NCBI GenBank assembly: GCA_031292355.1
Contig: JARLHI010000040.1
Location: 36,090-100,089, forward strand
DNA: 64,000 bases
Direction: 5' to 3'
Origin: Candidatus Obscuribacterales bacterium
Lineage (GTDB): Bacteria; Cyanobacteriota; Vampirovibrionia; Obscuribacterales; Obscuribacteraceae
Shown piece after piece: positions 36,206-44,408 of the stretch. A model generated the notes under the pieces. It did no database searches. It saw only the letters and a list, made by a program, of their open reading frames with translations, and was not told where the DNA came from. The translations under genes and the position numbers were made by a program. Position 1 is the stretch's first letter; each line of letters starts with the position of its first letter.

Positions 36206-38230
36206 CTACTTGCCTGCGTTGCCTGGCGCAGCACAGGAGCTGTCCAGGTTGTCCAAGATTTTATCGACGTCGGCTTGAGAGTCGACATCGTCGTAGTGCT
36301 GTCCGTGACCGTCTGCCAGGGTGTTTCTGGAATACCCGTGGTAGGCAGGGTTGGTTTGCTGCATCAGGGCTGCAAGTACGTAGATGCAGTGATTCTTGGA
36401 CACGGAGATGAGCGGATCGCGGGCCGTTACGTTGAACAGACCGGGATGAGACGCATTCGCTGCGTTCAGCACCAGCTGCTTCGTGCCGGTCAAATTGAGC
36501 GATTCGATTTGCACCACGGTCATCGAGAGCGACGCCCGGTCAAACAGACCAATGCGTACCCAGGAATTCTGTTGCGTGCCGATTGGCTCGAAGTTGACCA
36601 CTCCCTTGAGACCCCAGTGTTTGAAGTCCTGCCAGTAGGGAGAGGCATTGGCATTGCCAGCGTCAGTCGGATTTTCCGAAAGCTCCAACTGGTTGCCGGT
36701 AATGTGCTTGGCCCAGAACGATGAGTCGTGCGCCCAAAGGTCGGCATATTGCCTGGCAAGATCGCTTGGAACGAAGGCCACACCCGGGAATTTTGCAGCC
36801 GCTTGCGACGGCAGAAGATCCTGAATGAAGCCGTGAGACGAGATGGTCATGACGCCGGAGAGATCCGGAATCATCGAGCCCAACTGGAGCTCTTTGTTGA
36901 CGAACGGAATGACGACGTAAGCGTCCTGGTCTGCCGTCAAAGCGATCATGCCGGGTTGCGGCGTGGCGCCTGGATGACGAGCATAGAATGCGCCCATGGC
37001 AAAGACACTTTCTTCGCCAAAGAGGAATTCCGTTTTGATCGGTTCGCCATAACGACCACGCTCGCCGGCATCGACGAGAACTGCTCCTTGCGTACCGCCG
37101 GTCAGAGCTAGCGGATGGGAGAGAAACAGACCCTTTCGATTCTGGATCGCGGCGAGATCGGGGTGGCGGACACATTCCCAGTAGAAGCGACTGGCACCAC
37201 CAGGTCCATCGTTGATAACGATTGGTCGAGGGGTTTTCGAGATCGTTGTGATTGTCTCCTGGTTGTTGCCCGCACAGTAATCCGAAGCCGCCAGGCGAGG
37301 AACCAGGCGGTTATTGTTCGTAGCATCGAGAGCACTTGCGTCGATTTCGGTGATCGAGACGGCGTTTGCCATCTGGTAATCGTAAATCGTCTGCGACACA
37401 TTCGAGACGAAATAGACCAGACAGAAGACGCCACCGACAGCGGTTGCTGCAAGAAACGTACGATGTGCAGCGATTCCCTGGGCGTCACCTGTGCGCCCAA
37501 GAAACGCGAGGACCGAAAGCGCAACTGCAGTTGCAATGACCAGAGTCATGCCGATGTAGCTGTGCGCCGGCCAGAAGCATGCAACGAACAAGGCGGCCAG
37601 AACCGGCGTCGTCAGCCAGTAATAGTTGGCAGTGGAGGTTTTCTGGCGGATCGAGCTGTAGCCGATGATGGCAAGAGTCGGAATCATCGACAGGACGGGC
37701 CACAGGTTGTACACATGGATTGTCAGCGGGTGCACCGCGGGCAATACCGTCGTGTACAGCACATAGTAAGCGCCGAAGACGACAGCCGGGGCCAGGAACA
37801 GCGCAAGCAGTGCCGCCACTACCTTGCGCCAGATGGCGCCTGGCGCGAGGTATGCTGCGCCCCCAGCTGCGAGCACCGCAAGCAGTGCGCACAGCACCAG
37901 AACGATTGCCGGTTGTACGAGAAAGTAGTACAGAACGGCAACCGTCAGGAACGTGAGGCTGGCCACGGCAAATTTGCGACCGAGGTAGTAAGCCCCGCCC
38001 GCTGCGACGACGAGCACGGCCGGAGTGATATAGAATGGCAGGTAACGACCCACCAGTCCAAGCACAAACGCAAGCAGCACGCCGAGGACACCCTGTTCGC
38101 ACTTGACCAAGGTGTCATGGTTGAAAGCTGGCACAGCTCTCGAAACCGGCAGGTAGCGACCGATAGCGCCGCCTGCCGTTGTAAACCAATTCAAAAGTTT
38201 GTTCATCGTTGACCTCGTGTGAGATGTCAT
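36206..38230 (-). CDS. polytopic membrane protein (~8-10 TM) with large extracytoplasmic C-terminal domain
   Basis: N-terminal ~290 aa is strongly hydrophobic. C-terminal ~380 aa is soluble. First gene downstream of the PstS-like gene in the kinase operon. Confidence 0.55.
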   Translation of the reverse strand: MTSHTRSTMNKLLNWFTTAGGAIGRYLPVSRAVPAFNHDTLVKCEQGVLGVLLAFVLGLVGRYLPFYITPAVLVVAAGGAYYLGRKFAVASLTFLTVAVLYYFLVQPAIVLVLCALLAVLAAGGAAYLAPGAIWRKVVAALLALFLAPAVVFGAYYVLYTTVLPAVHPLTIHVYNLWPVLSMIPTLAIIGYSSIRQKTSTANYYWLTTPVLAALFVACFWPAHSYIGMTLVIATAVALSVLAFLGRTGDAQGIAAHRTFLAATAVGGVFCLVYFVSNVSQTIYDYQMANAVSITEIDASALDATNNNRLVPRLAASDYCAGNNQETITTISKTPRPIVINDGPGGASRFYWECVRHPDLAAIQNRKGLFLSHPLALTGGTQGAVLVDAGERGRYGEPIKTEFLFGEESVFAMGAFYARHPGATPQPGMIALTADQDAYVVIPFVNKELQLGSMIPDLSGVMTISSHGFIQDLLPSQAAAKFPGVAFVPSDLARQYADLWAHDSSFWAKHITGNQLELSENPTDAGNANASPYWQDFKHWGLKGVVNFEPIGTQQNSWVRIGLFDRASLSMTVVQIESLNLTGTKQLVLNAANASHPGLFNVTARDPLISVSKNHCIYVLAALMQQTNPAYHGYSRNTLADGHGQHYDDVDSQADVDKILDNLDSSCAAPGNAGK

Positions 38231-38254
38231 TTTCGGTTAGAGGGACTCTGGCGC

Positions 38255-39340
38255 TTATGGCGCCAGGGCTGATTTGCCGTTCACGTCGATGGACTGGATG
38301 AGCTTAGTGGCCTGACTGACGACGTTGTCGGGCAGAGGCACGTAGTTAAGCGAGGCTTCGACCGATTGACCGTCATGCAGTCCCCAGAGCAGAAACTTCG
38401 CAAGCGAGGAAGCGGTGCTTGTGTCGTGTTGATGCTGGTGGACGATGATGTAGGTCGCGGTCACCAGCGGATACGATGAGTCGCCGCCGGCATCGATCAG
38501 ATTCAGGCGCAGATCGTCTGAACCCTGGGCTTTGAAAGCGACGCTCGCGACAGCCTGGCGGATGTTTTCGAGCGTGGGCTGCACGAAATTGCCGCTGGCG
38601 TTTTTGAGGCTGGCCATCGGCAATTTCTTCGCGACAGCGAAGTTGTAATCGGCGTAGCCGATGGAATAAGGATTGCCATTGACGGCATCGACCACCGGTC
38701 CGTTGCCACCTCTGCCGTCGCCGACAGGCCATATTGTGGCAAAAGCGGCTCCGTTAGTTGCATGCCAGTCCTGGCTTGCAACATTCAGATAGCTGGTGAA
38801 ACCGAATGTGGTGCCTGACCCGTCTCCGCGATGGAAAGCGATGATGGGGAAATTGATGTTCGCCAGGCTGGGATTGACCGCGACCAGGCGCGAATCATTC
38901 CAGTTGCGAATCTTGCCCAGATAGATGAGCGCGATTTGCTCGCCGGTCAGATTGAGAGTGCCCTTGAAGCCTGGCAGGTTGTAGGTGATGACAATGCCAC
39001 CATAAGCGGTGGGGATGTGTAGTACATCTTTGCTGCCGCCTTTGGTGTCACTGAGCTGGTCATCGTTCATCGGCACGTCCGAGCCGGCGAGATCCACGAC
39101 CCGATTTTGGAAACGACCGATGCCTGCGCCCGAGCCGATGCCGTCGAATGTCAGATTGCCCGGATTCTTCTGGAAGAAGGACTTCGCCCAGTTGTCGTAG
39201 AGCGGTTTGGCGAAGGTGGAGCCTGCACCGGTGATGGTGGTCGGCTCCGCTGCATTTGCTGGCAATGCGGAGAGCCATGCCGAAGAGAGCAGTGCGGAGC
39301 CAACCGCGGCGACAAGCAATCTCGACTTTGTCATTTTCAT
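38255..39340 (-). CDS. PstS-like phosphate-binding periplasmic protein (orphan, no pstCAB adjacent)
   Basis: Signal peptide. GAGSTFAKPLY…GIGSGAGIGRF…DLAGSDVPM matches the PstS N-terminal lobe (GAGSTF…IGSG.G…ASD). Confidence 0.75.
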   Translation of the reverse strand: MKMTKSRLLVAAVGSALLSSAWLSALPANAAEPTTITGAGSTFAKPLYDNWAKSFFQKNPGNLTFDGIGSGAGIGRFQNRVVDLAGSDVPMNDDQLSDTKGGSKDVLHIPTAYGGIVITYNLPGFKGTLNLTGEQIALIYLGKIRNWNDSRLVAVNPSLANINFPIIAFHRGDGSGTTFGFTSYLNVASQDWHATNGAAFATIWPVGDGRGGNGPVVDAVNGNPYSIGYADYNFAVAKKLPMASLKNASGNFVQPTLENIRQAVASVAFKAQGSDDLRLNLIDAGGDSSYPLVTATYIIVHQHQHDTSTASSLAKFLLWGLHDGQSVEASLNYVPLPDNVVSQATKLIQSIDVNGKSALAP

Positions 39341-39416
39341 AGAAGCCTCTTGGTGTGAGAGAAATCTGGTAGAGGCAGGGTCAACGAATTGACACTGCGC
39401 TCCTCAGAGAAATAGA

Positions 39417-40925
39417 TCAGGCCTTTGAAAGAGCACGCCATCTGGCGACGGCGCGTTCGGGGCTGGTAGCGGAACGCACGAAGAGGGTGCCCCCGAAGAC
39501 CAGCAGTTGAATTAGAAACAGGATGGCCGGAGTCAGCCATTCGAGGTTGTCGATGTCAGCAAAACCACGCTGAATCGCCGCATTCTGCTGCGCCAGGTTG
39601 ATCTGATAGGTCGAGCCCAGCGTGCCATTCTTAGCCTTCTCATCGATCAGCTGATCGAAAAGATAATTGCCTTGTCCAGGATTGCCGCCGGCCAACAGTG
39701 TGATGGCTTTGGCGTGTTGCCCCTGAAGTTCCAGGCTGCGAACTTGCTTGTCGAGGGCAAGGAAATCCGCATAGACTTTGACCGTTTTCGTGGCACCTTC
39801 GAGTTCACCCGGGAAGGTCACGTTATTCAGTTCGTCGGCGATCTCGCCAGAAAGAACGTCAGGCTTGAGCGGACCACCATCGGTGGTGGCGCTCCAACCG
39901 AGACCTCCCTTGACGTACCCGTGCGTGGCGATGGCGTTGATCGTGTCGGCAGTCTGCCCACGACCGAATTTGCCGATTTTGTCGATGTAGGCATCAAATG
40001 CCTTTTGATGTTGATCGGCGTTCGGGCGATCGAGCAGCCACAGGCTCGCTTCCGCCTTTGCCTGCAGCAGGTCGGCTCGAGTTTGCGTCAGCACTTTCAC
40101 TGAAGGATAGGCGGCTGTGCCGGCGATATAGAGGTCTTCATTCGCGTTGATGAAGGCATAGCCACAGTAGGCGAAGAAGATGAAAGCGAGGCCTGTTGCT
40201 GCCGCGAAGAACGGATTGAGACCGCGCTTGAAAGTCCGCGTTAGCAAGATGCCCTGCACATACAACATGAAGAGGACGAAGATGATGCCGACGCCGGCAG
40301 CTCCGAGTCCCACTATGAGGTGATGTACGCGCGAGGCATACTTGTCTTGCAGATGGGCGTCGTTGACCCCCGAGAGGGCATCGGCCGACGGCAACAAAAC
40401 TTCATTCACAACCGTGTTGATGTCACGAGCCGTGGACAGCACCGCCGCGTCTCCATTTTCATGGAAGACACGCGCTTTGGCTGCCAGCATCAGAAACTGC
40501 GCCCAACCTTCCTGCAGACGATTGACCGGGCCAAGTTCACCCTGAGGCTCACTGGGGTAAAGATGATCGGCATCGTCGGTGTAGGTGATGTTGTGAGCAG
40601 CCTCGGTCAGATTGGCGGCCACGAGCACTTTCGTAGCGTCGAAGTCTTTCACCAAGTCATAGTTTTCGCCAGGCTTGGCGTCGAGCTCGGTGTTCAAATC
40701 TTCGAACATGCGCCCGACGCCAGACTTGATGTTCTGAGCTAGCACTACAGACGGTGCGGCATCCACGCCGATGGTTTTGATCAAGTCGTGATCGCTATAG
40801 CGAGCGGTTTCGATGAAACCGAACGCCAGAATGAGGACGAGGAAGCTCAGAACTGGAACGCGGTTAATGCGCGCCAAGGGATGACTGTTTGTCAGCCAAC
40901 CGATCAGTGATTTTAACGACTGCAT
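39417..40925 (-). CDS. membrane protein with two TM segments flanking a large external domain, unknown function
   Basis: N-terminal TM, central soluble region, a cluster of TM helices around residue 230-290, then a second soluble region and a C-terminal TM. Confidence 0.5.
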   Translation of the reverse strand: MQSLKSLIGWLTNSHPLARINRVPVLSFLVLILAFGFIETARYSDHDLIKTIGVDAAPSVVLAQNIKSGVGRMFEDLNTELDAKPGENYDLVKDFDATKVLVAANLTEAAHNITYTDDADHLYPSEPQGELGPVNRLQEGWAQFLMLAAKARVFHENGDAAVLSTARDINTVVNEVLLPSADALSGVNDAHLQDKYASRVHHLIVGLGAAGVGIIFVLFMLYVQGILLTRTFKRGLNPFFAAATGLAFIFFAYCGYAFINANEDLYIAGTAAYPSVKVLTQTRADLLQAKAEASLWLLDRPNADQHQKAFDAYIDKIGKFGRGQTADTINAIATHGYVKGGLGWSATTDGGPLKPDVLSGEIADELNNVTFPGELEGATKTVKVYADFLALDKQVRSLELQGQHAKAITLLAGGNPGQGNYLFDQLIDEKAKNGTLGSTYQINLAQQNAAIQRGFADIDNLEWLTPAILFLIQLLVFGGTLFVRSATSPERAVARWRALSKA

Positions 40926-40959
40926 ATTTTTCTCTCCTGATTGTTTCGTTAAGAAGGGT

Positions 40960-41661
40960 TCAGTCCTGCTCGTGATAGACGATCAGAAAGAAATCACCGA
41001 TCTTGATGGCGTCACCATCTTTGAGTGCGACCGTTTGTCCTTTGGCGATTTCGACGCCGTTGACCTCCGTGAAGTTCTCGGTATCGCATTGCAGTTCATA
41101 GCCGCCGGCCGGTGTGCGATGAAAATAGCCATGCACGCGAGAGACGGTCTGGTCGCCCAGGATCGGGATAACCGGACTCATGCGACCGAACGGTACACGT
41201 ACGCCGCTCAGTGTGTAGCCCGTGCTCGGCACTGTGGGCGCCACCACATCATCAGGACGCAACGGACGCGGATCGAGATCCACGGAAACTTCGATGTAGC
41301 AGAGTTTGCAACTGGTGTTGCCAGCCGTGTTGTCTGCATTCGCCTGGGTGGAAGCGGCCGGCTGCGCGATTGCAGGCGCTTGCACTGCCGGTTGCGGTTC
41401 GGATGATGGCGCAAGCGCAGGTGTGTGCGTATCCGCATCGTCGACATGAACGACGGTGCTTGCTTGCACATTGGTGCTTGCGTCGTCAGTGGCAGGGTCG
41501 TGAACGCTTCCATCCGAATTTAATTGAACGATCGGGTCTGCGTCGCTGAAAGCATGTCCGCAGCCGCTCGAACAGAATAAGTCGTCCACCTCTGCGATCG
41601 TCTTGCAAACAGGGCAGATACGTCCCTGTTTGAGCGGAGACGAAGTCTCGTTGCTGGTCAT
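40960..41661 (-). CDS. zinc-ribbon + FHA-domain protein
   Basis: N-terminal CPVCK…FCSSGCGH. C-terminal FHA (…PFGRMSPVIPILGDQTVSRVHGYFHRT…NGVEIAKGQTVALKDGDAIKIGDFFLIVY). Start re-placed at MTSNE after GAGGAG. Confidence 0.75.
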   Translation of the reverse strand: MTSNETSSPLKQGRICPVCKTIAEVDDLFCSSGCGHAFSDADPIVQLNSDGSVHDPATDDASTNVQASTVVHVDDADTHTPALAPSSEPQPAVQAPAIAQPAASTQANADNTAGNTSCKLCYIEVSVDLDPRPLRPDDVVAPTVPSTGYTLSGVRVPFGRMSPVIPILGDQTVSRVHGYFHRTPAGGYELQCDTENFTEVNGVEIAKGQTVALKDGDAIKIGDFFLIVYHEQD

Positions 41662-41745
41662 AAAAAACTCCTCATTGGTCAAGGGGCAAGCGGACGAACA
41701 CTTGAGTGCTCGTCCGCTCATGCTGTCGCTTTTCGTAAGGAGTCC

Positions 41746-43131
41746 TTACGACTGAGTGGTGGTCGCAGCGGCGGCCGTGGTGTCGGCCGGAGCCGCCGTC
41801 GGTGCAGCGACTGCGCGCGTGCGACGAACGCTCGAACCGGCGTTGATCTTCATGCCGGTCGCGGCGTCCGTGTTCTTCAGCTTCACCTTGCCGGTTGCAG
41901 CGTCCAGAATCTCAACGAATTCCTTCAGCTGCTCAAGCAGATCGATGTCGCCGTCTTCATGCGCTGTCTTGACCAGATCGCCGAGAATATCGCTTGCGCC
42001 GCGGGTGTTGCCACCCTTGAGCAGATCGCCTGCTTCACGCATGCGGCGCTGCGAACCCTCGATGCCCTGAGCCACCTTGACGCCGCGGGTGACGCGCTGG
42101 CTGAGTGACGCTTCCTCCGAGTTGCGCGCCCACTGAGCCTTGATCGGGAACGGATCGCTCTTCACGAGCTGCCCGCCGACTTTGTATTCGAACCAGATTT
42201 TGGCTGCCATCACCGCTGGTGCGTTGCTCGGACGAGCGACTTCGAAAGCGAGGTAGAACAGACGCGTTTCGGCATCCCAGGAACCGAGGTTGACGCGGAT
42301 GAACTTCTCGCCTTCCTTGCTGCAGGCGTTTTCCAGGTCGAGGCTGACCGGGGAGCGCACGGCGATGTCCAGGATGTCGCCCATGTTGAACTTCTGGATC
42401 ACCATGGTCACCCCAGACAGAGCCTGACTGGCTGCCTGAGCTACCATGCCCTCGAAGTCGGCCTTGACTTCGGAAGGATTGGCGAGCACCACCGGCGGTG
42501 CCGAGCCGGTGCCGTCCGAGATCAAGCGCAGCTTGTCCATTTCCCAGTCGGTGCCGACGCCGCGAGCGAGGACTCGCAGAATCTGCCCCTGCTTGGCGAG
42601 ACCCTGGTAGGCAACGAGCTCTTCGCCGACTGAGACGCGATCACCGTAATCACCATCGGTGAGCAAGCCGGCGAAGCCTTCGGTCACTTTGCCGGCCTTT
42701 GCAAGAGCGCAGTAGTCCTCCCGGAAGAGCTGCAGACCGCCGGCTGTCTGGGTCGAACCCTCGAGCGCAGGCAGTTTCTGGCGCAGGGCGTGCTTGGCCG
42801 CCTCGATGTTCTGCGGCGTCGCGAGGGCCGGATGGAAGAGCCGGTGCTTGGACGAGCCGAAGAGGTAGACCGCGACGTAGTTCTGCGGCGACTTGAGCAT
42901 GGCGTCGAGGAAGGCGCACGCCCCTTCGACAGCCGCTTGAATCTTGGCGCCCTTCATGGAGACCGAGATATCCAGAATTACGGCCGCCAGACGCGGAGGC
43001 TGCACCGTCGCTGTGGCATCGAAGCCGACAGGGGTAACGAAGAAGGCGGCGTCCTGACGCGTGGCGTCGGCCTTCAGGATCTCGTTGATGTCGGTCTTGA
43101 TTTGCAGCGAGGGGGAGGCGATGTTTGACAT
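41746..43131 (-). CDS. von Willebrand factor type A (VWA) domain protein
   Basis: MIDAS motif AAVILDISVSM…, then YLFGS. Long C-terminal region. Start re-placed at MSNIASP after GGAG (the ORF track TTG start at 43218 is unlikely). Confidence 0.7.
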   Translation of the reverse strand: MSNIASPSLQIKTDINEILKADATRQDAAFFVTPVGFDATATVQPPRLAAVILDISVSMKGAKIQAAVEGACAFLDAMLKSPQNYVAVYLFGSSKHRLFHPALATPQNIEAAKHALRQKLPALEGSTQTAGGLQLFREDYCALAKAGKVTEGFAGLLTDGDYGDRVSVGEELVAYQGLAKQGQILRVLARGVGTDWEMDKLRLISDGTGSAPPVVLANPSEVKADFEGMVAQAASQALSGVTMVIQKFNMGDILDIAVRSPVSLDLENACSKEGEKFIRVNLGSWDAETRLFYLAFEVARPSNAPAVMAAKIWFEYKVGGQLVKSDPFPIKAQWARNSEEASLSQRVTRGVKVAQGIEGSQRRMREAGDLLKGGNTRGASDILGDLVKTAHEDGDIDLLEQLKEFVEILDAATGKVKLKNTDAATGMKINAGSSVRRTRAVAAPTAAPADTTAAAATTTQS

Positions 43132-43226
43132 ATTTGGCTCCATCAGTGTCATTGAGAATTGGTGATTGTCTGCAAGGAATTTGCAGACTCGATCACATTG
43201 GATACGCACGAAAGTCAAGCAGGCTT

Positions 43227-44399
43227 TTAAAAGTTGATCACAGCGATGGTGTTGTTGTCTGCACCACTTGCTCTTTTGAGGACAGCCTCGGCAAAGCCCA
43301 TGGCGCTCCTCGGATTGCTCGCAAATATCTTGGCGAACTCGCCGGACTGGGGTAAGTCCATATCATGGACGTCATTCCAGGCTCCGTCAGAACAGCCGAA
43401 GATAGACACAAGGGTTGAATCGATGGTCACAGTCGACGTCGACGGTGCATAGATCTCACCCTCAGGCACTTCACCAAGGCATTGCGTCATCGTATGCAAT
43501 TCCTTAGTAGTGAACTTCTTGTAGGCTTCTGCCGCAGAGACACCCGTCTGGTCAATCATCTCGTTGAGAAGGGTATGGTCGCGCGACAGCAGTTTGTCGG
43601 AGTAACCGCAACTCGCAGTCGAGTCACGATAGATGGCATAAAGGCGACTATCGCCGCACCACCCTAGAGACGCCACACCATCATCGATGAAGGCGACGAT
43701 GATGGTGCAAGCTGGAGCAGAGAAGTCAGCGTCGGCGTTGAGTTCGGCTGGGACTTTCAAAACCGCCGACTGGGCAGAATTGATAGCCGCAAGCACGAGT
43801 CCTTCACTGCCCTTCTGGCGACTGAGAGCAGCAATTCTCAGCGTTGCCGATGCGGCTCTGCACGCTTCTTCCGAGGCTTGTTGAGGAGCCTTAGAAGAAG
43901 AGACACCGTCTGCCACCACGAACCAGCTGATTCTCTTGCCGTCGACTACAACGGAGTCCATCGCCGCGTAATCTTCGTTGCGAGAATGGCCGATCGTGGG
44001 ATTGCCGAGATTGCTTCGTGCCACTATATTCGGTGTGACTTCGATGAAGAAGTCATCGCGACATGGTAGCACTGCTTGAACCCAGCACTTCGTGCAAAAG
44101 CCATCTTCATCGAAATTTGATGAATCGGCATTGCAGCCGACACACTTTGGCGCAATATAGTGACGGATGTTATCCGCCTCCTCTGGCACCTGGATGGCGA
44201 CTGCTGCCGCTTGCTCTGTTTTGGGCGGTTCGACTTCGACAATCGTCGCTGCCGCCGGAGTTGTCGTTGCCTTTTCGATCGAGCCGGCATCGTCTTGTGC
44301 CGAGTCGTATTCTTTGCCACACTTCGAGCAGAAAAGATCTCCTGGCTCACGCGTTGGACACGGGTCTCGTCGTGCATTGAGGTAAGGACAGGGCTCCAT
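43227..44399 (-). CDS. zinc-ribbon + PP2C-family Ser/Thr phosphatase
   Basis: N-terminal CPYLN…CPTRE…FCSKCGKEY. PP2C motifs GHSRNEDYAA, VVADGVSSS, GDSRLY, CSDGAW, DNNTIAVI. Confidence 0.75.
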   Translation of the reverse strand: MEPCPYLNARRDPCPTREPGDLFCSKCGKEYDSAQDDAGSIEKATTTPAAATIVEVEPPKTEQAAAVAIQVPEEADNIRHYIAPKCVGCNADSSNFDEDGFCTKCWVQAVLPCRDDFFIEVTPNIVARSNLGNPTIGHSRNEDYAAMDSVVVDGKRISWFVVADGVSSSKAPQQASEEACRAASATLRIAALSRQKGSEGLVLAAINSAQSAVLKVPAELNADADFSAPACTIIVAFIDDGVASLGWCGDSRLYAIYRDSTASCGYSDKLLSRDHTLLNEMIDQTGVSAAEAYKKFTTKELHTMTQCLGEVPEGEIYAPSTSTVTIDSTLVSIFGCSDGAWNDVHDMDLPQSGEFAKIFASNPRSAMGFAEAVLKRASGADNNTIAVINF

Positions 44400-44408
44400 T
44401 GATGCACC

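Noticed and set aside
36275-38212. Multiple 100-365-aa ORFs on both strands (e.g. 37115..38212 +, 37485..38102 -)
   Set aside because: Overlap the polytopic membrane protein gene, whose hydrophobic-helix frame is coherent. The others are R/C/H-rich shadows.
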